In this document: piece by piece, positions 18,562 through 28,724 of the stretch
How the letters are laid out: each line of letters opens with the position of its first letter
Numbering within the stretch: the first letter of the stretch is position 1
Assembly (NCBI GenBank): GCA_963765575.1
Contig: CAVXWZ010000004.1
Coordinates: 6,477 to 70,476 of the forward strand
Source: an uncultured cyanobacterium
GTDB lineage: Bacteria > Cyanobacteriota > Cyanobacteriia > PCC-6307 > Cyanobiaceae
Length of the DNA stretch: 64,000 nt
Direction: 5' to 3'
Notes under the pieces: generated by a model
Seen by the model: the letters and a program-made list of their open reading frames with translations, nothing else
What the model was told of the DNA's origin: nothing
The model's database searches: none
Made by a program: the position numbers and the translations under genes

Positions 18562-20485
18562 ATGCATCTCAGCGAGCTGAGCCACCCCAACCAGCTGCAC
18601 GGCCTCAGTACCGCCGAGCTCGAAGCGATCGGCCGCCAGATCCGGGAGCGCCACCTCGAGGTGGTGAGCACCAGCGGCGGCCACCTTGGCCCCGGCCTGG
18701 GGGTGGTGGAACTGACCCTGGCCCTCTACCAGACCCTCGACCTCGACCACGACAAGGTGGTATGGGATGTGGGCCACCAGGCCTATCCCCACAAGCTGAT
18801 CACCGGTCGCTACAAGGATTTCCACACCCTGCGTCAGCAGGGAGGCGTGGCGGGCTATCTCAAGCGCAGCGAGAGCAGCTTCGACCACTTCGGCGCCGGC
18901 CACGCCAGCACCTCGATCTCCGCCGCTCTGGGCATGGCCCTGGCCCGCGACCGCCGCGGCGAAGACTTCAAATGTGTGGCCGTGATCGGCGACGGCGCCC
19001 TCACCGGCGGCATGGCTCTGGAGGCGATCAACCACGCCGGCCATCTGCCCCACACCCGGCTGCTGGTGGTGCTCAACGACAACGACATGTCGATCAGCCC
19101 GCCGGTGGGGGCCCTCTCCACCCACCTCAACCGCATGCGGCACAGCCCGCCGCTGCAGTTCCTGCAGGACAACGCCGAGGAGGCGATCAAGCACCTGCCG
19201 TTCATGCACGGCGAGCTGCCGCCTGAACTGAAGAACCTCAAGGAGAGCATGAAGCGGCTGGCGGTGCCCAAGCTGGGCGCCGTGTTCGAGGAGCTGGGCT
19301 TCACCTACATGGGCCCGATCGACGGCCATGACATCGCCGGCATGGTGAAGGTGTTCCAGCAGGCCCACGCCCACGAGGGTCCGGTGCTGGTGCACGTGGC
19401 CACCACCAAGGGCAAGGGCTACCCCTACGCCGAAGCCGACCAGGTGGCCTACCACGCCCAGGGCGCCTTCGACCTGGCCAGCGGCAAGGCCTACCCCTCC
19501 AGCAAGCCCAAGCCGCCCAGCTACAGCAAGGTGTTCGGCCAGACCCTGGTGAAGATCTGCGAGCAGGACCCCACGGTGGTGGGCATCACCGCCGCCATGG
19601 CCACCGGCACCGGGCCTCGACCTGCTGGAGAAGGCCCTGCCGGATCAGTACTTCGATGTGGGCATCGCCGAGCAGCACGCCGTGACCATGGCGGCCGGCA
19701 TGGCCTGCGAAGGCCTCAAGCCCGTGGTGGCGATCTACAGCACCTTCCTGCAGCGGGCCTACGACCAGCTGATCCACGACGTGGGCATCCAGAAGCTGCC
19801 GGTCACCTTCGTGCTCGACCGGGCCGGCATCGTCGGCGCCGACGGCCCCACCCACCAGGGCCAGTACGACATCAGCTACCTGCGGGCGGTGCCCAACTTC
19901 ACGGTGATGGCGCCCAAGGATGAGGCCGAACTGCAGCGCATGCTGGTGACCGCCATCCAGCACAACGGACCCTGTGCCCTGCGCATCCCCAGGGGCGAGG
20001 GCGAGGGGTGCCCCTGGCCGAGGAGGGCTTCGAGCCTCTGCAGATCGGCCGCGGCGAACTGCTCGCCGATGGCGACGACCTGCTGATCGTGGCCTATGGC
20101 GCCATGGTGTCTCCCGCCATGGCCACGGCCGGCCTGCTGCAGGAACAGGGAATCCGGGCGGCGGTGATCAATGCCCGCTTCCTGCGGCCCCTCGATGAGG
20201 CCCTGATCCTGCCGATGGCCCGGCGCATCGGCCGGGTGGTGACGATGGAGGAGGGCTGCTCTCGCCGGGGGCTTCGGCGCCGCCGTGGTGGAGAGCCTCA
20301 ACGACCACGGCGTGCTGGTGCCGGTGCTGCGCATCGGCATTCCCGATTGCTGGTGGACCACGCCAGCCCCGGCCCAGAGCAAGCAGGCCCTGGGACTCAC
20401 CCCCTCCCAGATGGCCAGCCGGATCAGCGACCATTTCGGCCAGCCCCTGCCCTCAGCGGCCCCCGCCCAGGTCGTCAGGGTCTGA
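18562..20485 (+). pseudogene. dxs: 1-deoxy-D-xylulose-5-phosphate synthase, reading frame broken by five 1-nt indels (pseudogene or assembly error)
   Basis: DXS homology runs through track ORFs 18487..19923, 19658..20086, 20008..20637 and 20285..20485. Frame switches lie at ~19615, 20005-20008, 20260, ~20347-20349 and ~20368-20372. Confidence 0.9.
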
Positions 20486-20526
20486 GCTTGCGGCGCAACA
20501 AGCCAGGGCACCAAAAACAGGGCATC

Positions 20527-20558
20527 AAAAAACCGCCGGATGGAGTCATCCGGCGGTT
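20527..20558 (-). terminator. Intrinsic terminator downstream of psaK
   Basis: 12-bp stem aaccgccggatg/catccggcggtt with a 4-nt loop, followed on the minus strand by a U-run. It lies 24 nt after the psaK stop. Confidence 0.6.
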
Positions 20559-20582
20559 GAGCCTGCTGGGATCGCGGGATGG

Positions 20583-20852
20583 TCAGACCACGCCGCGGGA
20601 GGCCAGACCGAGAATGGCGCCCATCCCGAGGATGTGACCCAGGCTCAGGGTGCCGAGCATGGCGCCGTGGCTGAGGCCGCCAAAGAGGGGCGAACTGGGA
20701 AGCTGCAGGCCCACATTGGGCTGCTTGATGGTGGCCTTGCCGATGGCAATGGCAATCACATTGCACACGATCATCACCAGGGCGACTTTCGGCGTCCAGG
20801 TGAGGGTGGCGGGGACGATGGCCAGGGGCTGGGCCAGGAGCAGAGCGAACAT
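20583..20852 (-). CDS. psaK: Photosystem I reaction centre subunit PsaK
   Basis: [43 protein letters not shown]...[12 protein letters not shown]. An alternative start at 20861 is possible. Confidence 0.9.
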   Translation of the reverse strand: MFALLLAQPLAIVPATLTWTPKVALVMIVCNVIAIAIGKATIKQPNVGLQLPSSPLFGGLSHGAMLGTLSLGHILGMGAILGLASRGVV

Positions 20853-20933
20853 GGAGCACAAGCCGACGACCCATCTTCCGGGGTCTGGCCCCCGCGCGCG
20901 ACGCGGCGTAAGAGTTGTTCACCGCCCGCCCCC

Positions 20934-21293
20934 TCAGGGGCGGCGCTGCTGCAGCAGGGCGCGGCTGAAGCCCACCGCCACCAGCAGGTTGGCCAGGGTG
21001 AGAAACGCCTCGGCGCCCCCGTGCAACGGGTCCACATCGGCGAGCTGCTGGCCACTGGTCTGCAGAGCCACCAGGGAGGCGGCGATGGTGACGGCCACAA
21101 ACAGCAGCGTCAGCTGGAAGCCGCGCAGGGCGATCGGCGGAAAGCCGTCGATGCGACCTGCCAGCCACAGGAAGGCGAGGTAGGGCAGCAGCGACAGCAC
21201 AAAGAACGGTGCCGGATCGATGCTGCCCAGGCGCGCCAGCAGCTGCAGACCCAGGTCGCCCTCAGCCACCGCCCACCTCCACCGCAGCAGCAT
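20934..21293 (-). CDS. DUF3593-like membrane protein
   Basis: Inner start of track ORF 20934..21422 (ATG 21293 or GTG 21269): IDPAPFFVLSLLPYLAFLWLAG...GFQLTLLFVAVTI. It is paired with the DUF2499 gene upstream, as I recall is usual in cyanobacteria. Confidence 0.7.
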   Translation of the reverse strand: MLLRWRWAVAEGDLGLQLLARLGSIDPAPFFVLSLLPYLAFLWLAGRIDGFPPIALRGFQLTLLFVAVTIAASLVALQTSGQQLADVDPLHGGAEAFLTLANLLVAVGFSRALLQQRRP

Positions 21294-21612
21294 GGGCAGA
21301 CGCGGCAGCGCTGGCCGCACGCTGGCGGCGCAGGATCTGCCAGGCGGCCAGGGCCAGGGCGCCATTGCCCGCCGTGGTGAGTCCCGCCTGCAGCACCACC
21401 AGGCCGCGCAGCTCCTCGGCATTGTCGAACAGGTGCCAGGTGCAGGCGCACATGGCGCTCACCAGGGCCGGCAGCATCGCCAGGGCCAGCCAGCGCCAGG
21501 CCCCTTCCTGCCGGGCAACGGCCAGACGCTGCACCGCCACCATGGCCACAAGCCACTCCAGCACCGAGGTGATGTGGATCCACCAGGTGGGCAGCGAGAG
21601 GGCGTGCATCAA
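21262..21612 (-). CDS. DUF2499-like membrane protein (Ycf49-like)
   Basis: MMHALSLPTWWIHITSVLEWLVAMVAV...CACTWHLFDN. Confidence 0.75.
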   Translation of the reverse strand: MMHALSLPTWWIHITSVLEWLVAMVAVQRLAVARQEGAWRWLALAMLPALVSAMCACTWHLFDNAEELRGLVVLQAGLTTAGNGALALAAWQILRRQRAASAAASAHAAAVEVGGG

Positions 21613-21653
21613 GGCCTCGACCGGGTCCCCAACTCTATGGATAGGGTGCGGCC

Positions 21654-22640
21654 ATGGCGATGGTGATGGCCCGCGGTCTGCGCAAGACCTTCCGGGTGGC
21701 CGACAAGCAGCCTGGCCTGGCCGGCACGCTTCGCCATCTGGTGCGCCGCCGCTGGCGGGCGGTGGAGGCGGTGCGCGACGTGAGCTTCGCCATCGAGGCC
21801 GGGGAGGTGGTGGGCTTTCTCGGACCCAACGGCGCCGGCAAGACCACCACCCTCAAGCTGCTCACGGGGCTGATCCATCCCAGCGGCGGCGAACTGGCGG
21901 TGGCGGGTCACAGGCCCTTCCGCCGCGAGCGCGCCTTCCTGGAGGCGATCACCCTGGTGATGGGCCAGAAGCAGCAGTTGATCTGGGATCTGCCGCCCCT
22001 CGATTCGCTGCGGGTCAATGCCGCCGTCTACGGCATCGACGACCGCGAGGCGCGGCGGCGCATCGCTGAGCTGGCCGACATGCTGGAACTGGGCGAGGAG
22101 CTCACCCGGCCGGTGCGCAAGTTGTCGCTGGGGCAGCGCATGAAGGCGGAGCTGCTGGCGGCCCTGCTGCACCGTCCGCGGGTGCTGTTCCTCGATGAAC
22201 CCACCCTGGGCCTGGATGTCAACGCCCAGGCCCGGGTGCGCCAGTTCCTGGCCGATTACAACCGCCGCACCGGCGCCACCGTGCTGCTCACCAGCCATTA
22301 CATGGCCGACATCACAGCCCTCTGCCCGCGGGTGCTGCTGATCCACCAGGGCCGACTGTTCCACGACGGCGGCCTCGCCGAGCTGAGCGAGCGGCTCGCC
22401 CCCTGGCGCCAGGTGCGCCTCGAGCTGGCCGCGCCGCTGCCCGCCGCCCAGTTGGCCGACTACGGCGAGATCGAGAGCCTGGAGGGCCGCGAGGTGCGGC
22501 TGCTGATTCCCCGCGAACGCCTCACGGCCACGGTGAACCGACTGCTGACGCAGCTGAGCGTGCTTGATCTGGAGGTCAGCGACCCGCCGATCGAGGAGCT
22601 GATCGGCCGCCTGTTCCGCCAGGGGTCGCTGGAGCCATGA
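21654..22640 (+). CDS. ABC transporter ATP-binding protein (ABC-2 type system)
   Basis: GFLGPNGAGKTTT (Walker A), LSLGQRMKAELLAALL (signature-like), VLFLDEPTLGLD (Walker B). Confidence 0.9.
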   Translation: MAMVMARGLRKTFRVADKQPGLAGTLRHLVRRRWRAVEAVRDVSFAIEAGEVVGFLGPNGAGKTTTLKLLTGLIHPSGGELAVAGHRPFRRERAFLEAITLVMGQKQQLIWDLPPLDSLRVNAAVYGIDDREARRRIAELADMLELGEELTRPVRKLSLGQRMKAELLAALLHRPRVLFLDEPTLGLDVNAQARVRQFLADYNRRTGATVLLTSHYMADITALCPRVLLIHQGRLFHDGGLAELSERLAPWRQVRLELAAPLPAAQLADYGEIESLEGREVRLLIPRERLTATVNRLLTQLSVLDLEVSDPPIEELIGRLFRQGSLEP

Positions 22641-23461
22641 GGCTGCGGGTGGCGCGCACGCTCTGGACCGTGCAGTTCGCCTACATGGCCGAATACCGGG
22701 CCGAGATCGCCCTCTGGGCGCTGTCGGGGGTGCTGCCGTTCATCATGCTGGGCATCTGGAGCGCCGCCGCCGCCCCCGCCGCCGCAGGACACGGCTCCGG
22801 CCTGCAGCTGGGGCTCAGCCCCGCCGAACTGGGTCGCTATTTCCTCTGCGCCTTCGTGGCCCGCCAGTTCAGCGTGGTGTGGGTGGTGTGGCAGTTCGAG
22901 GAAGACGCCCTGCAGGGACGCCTTTCCCCCTACCTGCTGCAGCCGCTGCACCCGCTCTGGCGCTACGTGGCGGCCCACCAGGCCGAGCAGGCCACCCGCC
23001 TGCCCTTCGTGCTGCTGATCGCCTCGGGCTTCTTCCTGCTCCAGCCCCACACCTTCGCCTGGCCCGGCCCGGCCCGGGTGCTGCTGGGGGTGCTGGCGGT
23101 GGGACTGGCCTTCGCGATCAACTTCCTGCTCCAGAGCCTGATCGCCACCCTCTGCTTCTGGAGTGAGCGGGCCTCGGCCCTGGAGCGGCTGCTGTATGTG
23201 CCCTATGTGTTTCTTTCCGGTCTGGTGGCACCGCTGCAGGCCTTCCCGCCCGAGCTGCGCCGATTGGCCCTGCACACGCCCTTCCCCTATCTGATCGGCT
23301 TCCCCGCCCAGCTGCTGGCCGGCACGCCGATGGGCGAGGGCCAGCCTTTCTCCCTGGCGGCGGGGTTCGGCGCCATGGTGCTGTGGATTGCCCTGCTGCT
23401 GCCGCTGCTGCTGCTGCTCTGGCGGGCCGGCCTCAAGCGCTATTCAGCGATGGGGGCCTGA
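22637..23461 (+). CDS. ABC-2 family permease
   Basis: Overlaps the ATPase stop (ATGA). Multi-TM protein. Confidence 0.75.
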   Translation: MRLRVARTLWTVQFAYMAEYRAEIALWALSGVLPFIMLGIWSAAAAPAAAGHGSGLQLGLSPAELGRYFLCAFVARQFSVVWVVWQFEEDALQGRLSPYLLQPLHPLWRYVAAHQAEQATRLPFVLLIASGFFLLQPHTFAWPGPARVLLGVLAVGLAFAINFLLQSLIATLCFWSERASALERLLYVPYVFLSGLVAPLQAFPPELRRLALHTPFPYLIGFPAQLLAGTPMGEGQPFSLAAGFGAMVLWIALLLPLLLLLWRAGLKRYSAMGA

Positions 23462-24246
23462 TGCGCTATCTGATCACCCTGCGGCGCTTCTGGGGCACCG
23501 CCCTGGCCACCCAGCTGGAGTACCAGCTCAATGCCGGCATCGAGCTGCTGGCGATGGCGGGCAACCTTGCCGGCAGCCTGATGGTGCTGTGGCTGTTCGA
23601 GCGCCAGGGGGTGGCGCTGGGGGGCTGGAGCTGGCACGCCGTGCTGGTGGTGCTGGGCGCCTACACCTGTCTGGACGGCCTCACCAGCACGCTGCTGCGC
23701 CCCAACCTCAGCCGCATCGTCAATCACGTGCAGGAGGGCACCCTCGATTTCGTGCTGCTGAAGCCGATCGACAGCCAGTTCTGGTTGTCGCTGCGCACCC
23801 TCAGCCCCGCCGGTCTGCCGGAGATGGGGGTGGGGGTGGGACTGATGCTCTGGGCCGCTCGCCAGGAGCTCGGCGTGCTGTCCCCCGCCGGTGTGCTCAC
23901 GGCCGGGCTGCTGTTGCTGGCCGCCGCCCTGATCCTCTACGCCCTCTGGTTCGTGCTGGCGGCCACCTCGATCTGGTTCGTCAAGACCTGGAACGCCACC
24001 GAAGTGCTGCGGGCGGCCCTCACCGCCGGTCGCTACCCGATCAGCGCCTACCCCTCCGGCCTGCGCACCCTGTTCACCCTGGTGCTGCCGGTGGCCTTCC
24101 TCACCACGGTGCCGGCTGAGGCGCTGCTGGGCCGGCTCACCCTCGCCGGAGCTCTCACCAGCCTGATGGTGGCGGCGGTGGCCCTGGCGATCAGCCGGGT
24201 GTTCTGGCGCTTCGCGCTGCGCTACTACACATCCGCCTCCAGTTGA
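23461..24246 (+). CDS. ABC-2 family permease (second subunit)
   Basis: Inner ATG 23461 overlaps the previous stop (TGATG): MRYLITLRRFWGTALATQLEYQLN. Multi-TM protein. Confidence 0.75.
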   Translation: MRYLITLRRFWGTALATQLEYQLNAGIELLAMAGNLAGSLMVLWLFERQGVALGGWSWHAVLVVLGAYTCLDGLTSTLLRPNLSRIVNHVQEGTLDFVLLKPIDSQFWLSLRTLSPAGLPEMGVGVGLMLWAARQELGVLSPAGVLTAGLLLLAAALILYALWFVLAATSIWFVKTWNATEVLRAALTAGRYPISAYPSGLRTLFTLVLPVAFLTTVPAEALLGRLTLAGALTSLMVAAVALAISRVFWRFALRYYTSASS

Positions 24247-24275
24247 GGCCCCGCCTGGGGGGCGGGCGCGCTGAA

Positions 24276-24593
24276 ATGGTCGGCAACTCCCTGCTGGCTG
24301 CCATGGCCTGTCCCCACTGCGGCAGCTGGTCGGTGAAGGCCGACCGCAGCCTGGCCGGCCGACTGGTGTGTGGTCGCTGCGGCAAGCCCCTGGGTCCGGG
24401 CGCATCACGCCGTGCCCGTCCTGCCCGGCCCTCCGGCCGCCCCAACCTGAGCCTGCCGCGGGGCCCCTGGCCGTGGCTGGCCGCGCTGCTGGCGGTGTCG
24501 GCCTTGCTGGCCTGGCTGGCGGACTCCAACCCCCAGCGGCCTCGCCGTTCGCCCGGGGCTGGCTCCGCGCCGATGTCCCAGCCGTGGCGATGA
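24276..24593 (+). CDS. Hypothetical zinc-ribbon protein with C-terminal TM segment
   Basis: CPHCGS...CGRCGK (CxxC x2) followed by WPWLAALLAVSALLAWL. The start is uncertain (24243, 24276 or 24303). Confidence 0.5.
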   Translation: MVGNSLLAAMACPHCGSWSVKADRSLAGRLVCGRCGKPLGPGASRRARPARPSGRPNLSLPRGPWPWLAALLAVSALLAWLADSNPQRPRRSPGAGSAPMSQPWR

Positions 24594-24646
24594 GCGATCC
24601 CCGTGGCTCCGCCTGGCCATTGGCCTCCCTCCGTTGTTGTATTCCC

Positions 24647-25219
24647 ATGAATCGTTCCGCCAAGGTCGCCCCCATGCCCGCACCCCTTCCTGCCGCCAAG
24701 ACCCAGGCTGGGGACCTTCGGCTCTGTGTTCCGCTCAGGGCCCCGCTCAGCCCGCGTCGTCTGCGCTCCCTGGTGCTGGCCGGGCCCCTGGCCCTGGCGT
24801 TGCTGCTGCTGCTGATCAGGCCGGCCGTCGCCCAGGCTGCTCTGCTGCACCTGGTGGGCCCCGTACCGGCGGAGATCGGCGGCACTGAAGGCCGGCTGGC
24901 GGCCTGCCCCACCAGCGCCCACTGCGCGCGGGCCGACTGGCCCAGCGCCGATCCCGCCGCTGCCCTGGATGAGCTGGAAGGCCTGCTCGCCGACGATCCC
25001 GCCATTGCCGTGGAGGAGCGCCGGGGGCCGTACCTGCACGCCACCGCCACCAGCAGGATCTTCGGGTTCGTGGACGACCTGGAACTGCTGGCCGACCCGG
25101 CACAGGGCCTGCTGCAGGCCCGCTCGGTGTCGCGGCTGGGTGATTCCGACCTGGGCGTCAACGCCCGCCGGCTGGAGCGGCTGCGCGTCGAGCTCGGCGC
25201 GGACCAGCCCGGGGGCTGA
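24647..25219 (+). CDS. DUF1499-like protein
   Basis: Inner ATG of track ORF 24368..25219: signal/TM segment, then ...RLAACPTSAHCARADW...YLHATATSRIFGFVDDLELL...RSVSRLGDSDLGVNARRLE. Confidence 0.7.
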   Translation: MNRSAKVAPMPAPLPAAKTQAGDLRLCVPLRAPLSPRRLRSLVLAGPLALALLLLLIRPAVAQAALLHLVGPVPAEIGGTEGRLAACPTSAHCARADWPSADPAAALDELEGLLADDPAIAVEERRGPYLHATATSRIFGFVDDLELLADPAQGLLQARSVSRLGDSDLGVNARRLERLRVELGADQPGG

Positions 25220-25224
25220 CCGGC

Positions 25225-26295
25225 ATGCCCCCGCCTTCGCCGTCCTGTCGCCCCTTGCTAGTGGGGTACTACGGCGAGCACAACCTCGGCGATGACGCCC
25301 TGCTGCAGGTGCTTCTCTCCCAGCTGCCCGCGCACTGCACCCCCACCGTCACCGCCCGGGATCTGGCCGAGGTGCGTCAGCGGTTCGGGGTGGCCACGGT
25401 GGATCGACGCCGGTTCGACAGGGTGCTGGCGGCCCTGGGGCCCTGCGACGCCCTGGTGTTCGGCGGCGGCAGCCTGCTGCAGGACACCACGAGCTTCGCC
25501 AGCCTGATTTATTACGCGGCTCTGATCAGCGCCGCTCGCCTGCGCGGGCTGCCGGTGCTGCTCTGGGCCCAGGGACTGGGCCCCCTGCGGCGGCGCCGCA
25601 GCCGGCTGCTGGTGGGTGCGCTGCTGCGACTGGTGAGTGGCTGCAGCTGGCGGGATGCCGAGTCGGCGGCCCTGGCCCGCACGCTCGGTTGGCAGCCCAC
25701 GTCCGGCTCCGGGGTGGGCAGCGATCCCGTCTGGAGTTTGGACCCATCACCCTGGATCGGTCGGGCCGGGCCGATCGTGCTTTGCTTCCGCCCCACGCCC
25801 CAGCTGCGGGGCAACGCCTGGCGACCCTGGCTGAAGGCGCTAGAGCAGCTGGCACCGGAACGGGAGCTGCTCTGGCTGCCCTTCCACCGCCACCAGGACA
25901 GGGGTCTGCTGGCCCAACTGCGCCGCGAGGGCCTGCTCAGCGATGCCATGGCGGCCCGCAGCCGGGAATTGGCGCCCGAGACCCCCGAGGAGGCCATGGC
26001 GGTGTGCGCCGGCAGCGGCCTGGTGCTGGCGATGCGCTTGCACGGCCTGATCCTGGCGGCGGTGAGCGGTGCTCCGGTTGCCGCCCTCAGCTACGACCCC
26101 AAGGTGGCCGCCGCTGCCGCCGCCCTGGGCTGCCCCCTGGCGGATCTGGGCCTGCCTCCTGCTCCAGCAGAACTGCTGAACGAGTGGCGGGGCAATCTCG
26201 ACCGGCCGCCCGATGCCCGCCGGCTTGAGGAGCTGCGGAAGGCCACCGTTGTGCACCGCCTCTTATTGAAAGGGGTGTTCGGGGGGGAAGCATGA
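25225..26295 (+). CDS. csaB: Polysaccharide pyruvyl transferase CsaB
   Basis: LLVGYYGEHNLGDDALLQVLLSQLP...ALVFGGGSLLQDTTSFASLIYY...MRLHGLILA. Confidence 0.85.
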   Translation: MPPPSPSCRPLLVGYYGEHNLGDDALLQVLLSQLPAHCTPTVTARDLAEVRQRFGVATVDRRRFDRVLAALGPCDALVFGGGSLLQDTTSFASLIYYAALISAARLRGLPVLLWAQGLGPLRRRRSRLLVGALLRLVSGCSWRDAESAALARTLGWQPTSGSGVGSDPVWSLDPSPWIGRAGPIVLCFRPTPQLRGNAWRPWLKALEQLAPERELLWLPFHRHQDRGLLAQLRREGLLSDAMAARSRELAPETPEEAMAVCAGSGLVLAMRLHGLILAAVSGAPVAALSYDPKVAAAAAALGCPLADLGLPPAPAELLNEWRGNLDRPPDARRLEELRKATVVHRLLLKGVFGGEA

Positions 26296-26399
26296 TGCCG
26301 TTCAGTTTGCCGGACCCAGACGTCCTCTCTCCTCATCCTTCGCGCTGGCCGCGCTTCGCGTTGCTGAGGTCCACCATCACCATCCTTGCCAGGTCGTCC

Positions 26400-26759
26400 A
26401 TGTCCCCCCTGATTCGCTCTCGACACCTGATCCCGGCCGTTCTGCTGGCGGCAGGACTGGCCACCTCAGCCCATGCTCAGCCCCAGGTGCAGGGCAGCCC
26501 GCTGCGGTCGCTGCTCGACAATGGCGCCGGCCGGCTGCTGTGGAGCTACGACGGCATCCGTCACGTGGAACTGCCCCTCGCTGACGGCAAGGCGGTGATC
26601 GGCCTGAGCTGCGAGCGCCAGACCTGGACCCTGTTCACCATCGAGCGCGATGGCCGGGAGGTCTACAGCTTCAGAAACGACCCGGACTGGGGCTACCAGC
26701 CCGCGGGCCCGATCGCTTCATCTCCCCTGTGCACGGACCCCGTGCCGGTGGCCGAGTGA
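26400..26759 (+). CDS. Hypothetical secreted protein
   Basis: Inner ATG of track ORF 26292..26759. Signal peptide MSPLIRSRHLIPAVLLAAGLATSAHA. A start at 26292 (ATGA overlap with csaB) cannot be excluded. Confidence 0.55.
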   Translation: MSPLIRSRHLIPAVLLAAGLATSAHAQPQVQGSPLRSLLDNGAGRLLWSYDGIRHVELPLADGKAVIGLSCERQTWTLFTIERDGREVYSFRNDPDWGYQPAGPIASSPLCTDPVPVAE

Positions 26760-26789
26760 GGGTCGGCCACCGCCTGCAGCAAGGCCTTT

Positions 26790-27764
26790 TCAGTCAGCTG
26801 GTGCCAGCGGGATGGCGTCGTTGAAGGTGGGATTTCCCGAGAGCACGGCCGTGCCGTCCGGCATGCCCTCGGCGGCGCTGATCCGCTCCCTCTCCACGTA
26901 GCGCTCGCCGTCGAAGACGTGGCGCACATAGGTGGCCGGTGCTCCGCCGCCGGACTGCAGCCGCCAGAGGTCTTGCCAGCCGTTGTTGCGGCTTTCCGAG
27001 ATCACGATCGGCACCCGGCTGGTCGGGAAGTCGTTCACCAGCACGTAACCCTTCGCGGTGGATCGATACACCTGCAGATTGCAGCCGCCGGTGCCGCAGA
27101 AGAATGAGCCCATCAGATACACCAGCACCTCCTGGGACCCGTCGTCATCGAGATCGATGGCGGCGTGCACGTAGCGGGCCCAGCGCTCCTCGTCGCCGCC
27201 CACCATGTCCTGCCGGTAGTCAGGCACGGCCTGGCGGATCGCCGCCTCGAGACCGGCATCGGCCTCGCTGCTGAAACGCACTTCGGCAGCGGGCAGCGGC
27301 TCGAAGAGCAGGATGCCGCCATCGGCCAGCAGACTCAGACTGAGCTGGCCTCCCTGCAGTCTGTAGCCGCGCACGGCGGGCAGCTGGGCGCTCAGGGTCT
27401 CCCCCAGGCTGGGCGGTGGGCACAGGGCGCTGGTGGTGGCCAGGGGCCCGAAGCGAAAGCCGCCGTTGGTGGGATCGCTGCTGGGCTCCACGGTCCAGGA
27501 TCCGGACGCACGGTTGCAGTCCAGCTGGAGGACCGCACGGCCGTCGGCCTGAAGGCGCAGGGTGTAGCGGGAGGGATCAGGGGGTCTTCGGATGCCCTGG
27601 CCTTCATCCATCGAGCGAATGTCGACCAGCCGCCAGGCCGTGTCTCGAAGCGGTGAGGATCTCGTCTGCTCCCTGGCCTGGAGGCCGGACAGAGGGGGCA
27701 GCGCCGTCAGGGCCGCTGAGAGGAACAGCGCGGCGCTGCCGATGACCTGACAGGGCTGTTTCAT
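26790..27764 (-). CDS. Exported META-domain (HslJ-like) protein with extra C-terminal domain
   Basis: Inner ATG 27764 with a signal peptide. META-like region WRLVDIRSMDE...LQADGRAVLQLDCNRASGSWTVE...TSALCPPPSL. C-terminal IDLDDDGSQEVLVYLMGSFFCGTGGCNLQVY. Confidence 0.65.
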   Translation of the reverse strand: MKQPCQVIGSAALFLSAALTALPPLSGLQAREQTRSSPLRDTAWRLVDIRSMDEGQGIRRPPDPSRYTLRLQADGRAVLQLDCNRASGSWTVEPSSDPTNGGFRFGPLATTSALCPPPSLGETLSAQLPAVRGYRLQGGQLSLSLLADGGILLFEPLPAAEVRFSSEADAGLEAAIRQAVPDYRQDMVGGDEERWARYVHAAIDLDDDGSQEVLVYLMGSFFCGTGGCNLQVYRSTAKGYVLVNDFPTSRVPIVISESRNNGWQDLWRLQSGGGAPATYVRHVFDGERYVERERISAAEGMPDGTAVLSGNPTFNDAIPLAPAD

Positions 27765-27929
27765 CGGTTCTGCGTCTGGGGAGGCTGCTGCGGTCTGTGT
27801 CCGGGGAAACCCGATAAGGCCATCCTGGCCTTGACCAGGTCCAGCCCGGACCGTACCCTTTCTGGGCTGAAGTGGATTGCTATTCCCGTAGCACCATTCG
27901 CCATTCGTCACTTCAACATTTCACAATTC

Positions 27930-28667
27930 GTGCATTTCTCACTCCGATCACTCAGCTCCCTTGCCGGTTGCGGCCTGTTTCTGGTCAGCGCCGGTGCTGC
28001 CCTCCCCTCAGCTGCCGTGGCCGATGTGCTCGTGCGCGCTCAGGGCCGCTGCAAGCTGGTGAGCGGTGGCTATGAGGCGTTCAATGGTCACTGCACCTTC
28101 AAGCACAAGGAGGCGGGCAGCGGCAACGAGGCCTATGTGGTGAAGCTCGACGACGGCACCGACTTCGTGTTCCGTGGCCCCAATGCCGACGCCCTTTCGG
28201 TGCAGACCTACCGCGGCATCGTCAATGTCAGGCACAAGGCCGAGGCGAACCATGAAGTGTTCGCCTGGGACGACGGCGAGAAGCGACGCCTTTCGGTGCG
28301 CATGGATCAGCTCCAGAACTCCAACGCCAAGTTCGACGACGACAACAACACCGCCGCCATTCTGGGCGGAGCCGCCGGAGCGGCCCTGATCGGCGCCATC
28401 CTCGCCGGGACCACCCAGGGGAATGTCTCCGAACCCACCGGCATAGGGGATCCAGTGGGGGAACTGCAGAGCCTGGTGGGAGCCAAAGGTGGCATGGCCG
28501 AACAACAGATCGTGGCTAAGGGCTATGTCTATCGCGGTGGAAGCACCGGTATCTCCAGCAAGTTCAGCTTCTGGAAGCAGCCCCGCACCAGCAACTGCGT
28601 GGGTGTGCAGACCACCGAGGGTCGGTACCAGAAAATCGTCTATGCCGACAAGAGCAACTGCAACTGA
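27930..28667 (+). CDS. Hypothetical secreted protein with Gly-zipper-like hydrophobic segment
   Basis: GTG 27930 within track ORF 27831..28667. Signal segment LSSLAGCGLFLVSAGAALPSAAVA, and later AAILGGAAGAALIGAILAG. Confidence 0.55.
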   Translation: MHFSLRSLSSLAGCGLFLVSAGAALPSAAVADVLVRAQGRCKLVSGGYEAFNGHCTFKHKEAGSGNEAYVVKLDDGTDFVFRGPNADALSVQTYRGIVNVRHKAEANHEVFAWDDGEKRRLSVRMDQLQNSNAKFDDDNNTAAILGGAAGAALIGAILAGTTQGNVSEPTGIGDPVGELQSLVGAKGGMAEQQIVAKGYVYRGGSTGISSKFSFWKQPRTSNCVGVQTTEGRYQKIVYADKSNCN

Positions 28668-28724
28668 TCTGGCCGCTGCGCAGTAGCGCCAGCACGCAGC
28701 GGGGCACAGCCCGCAGCGTTCCAG

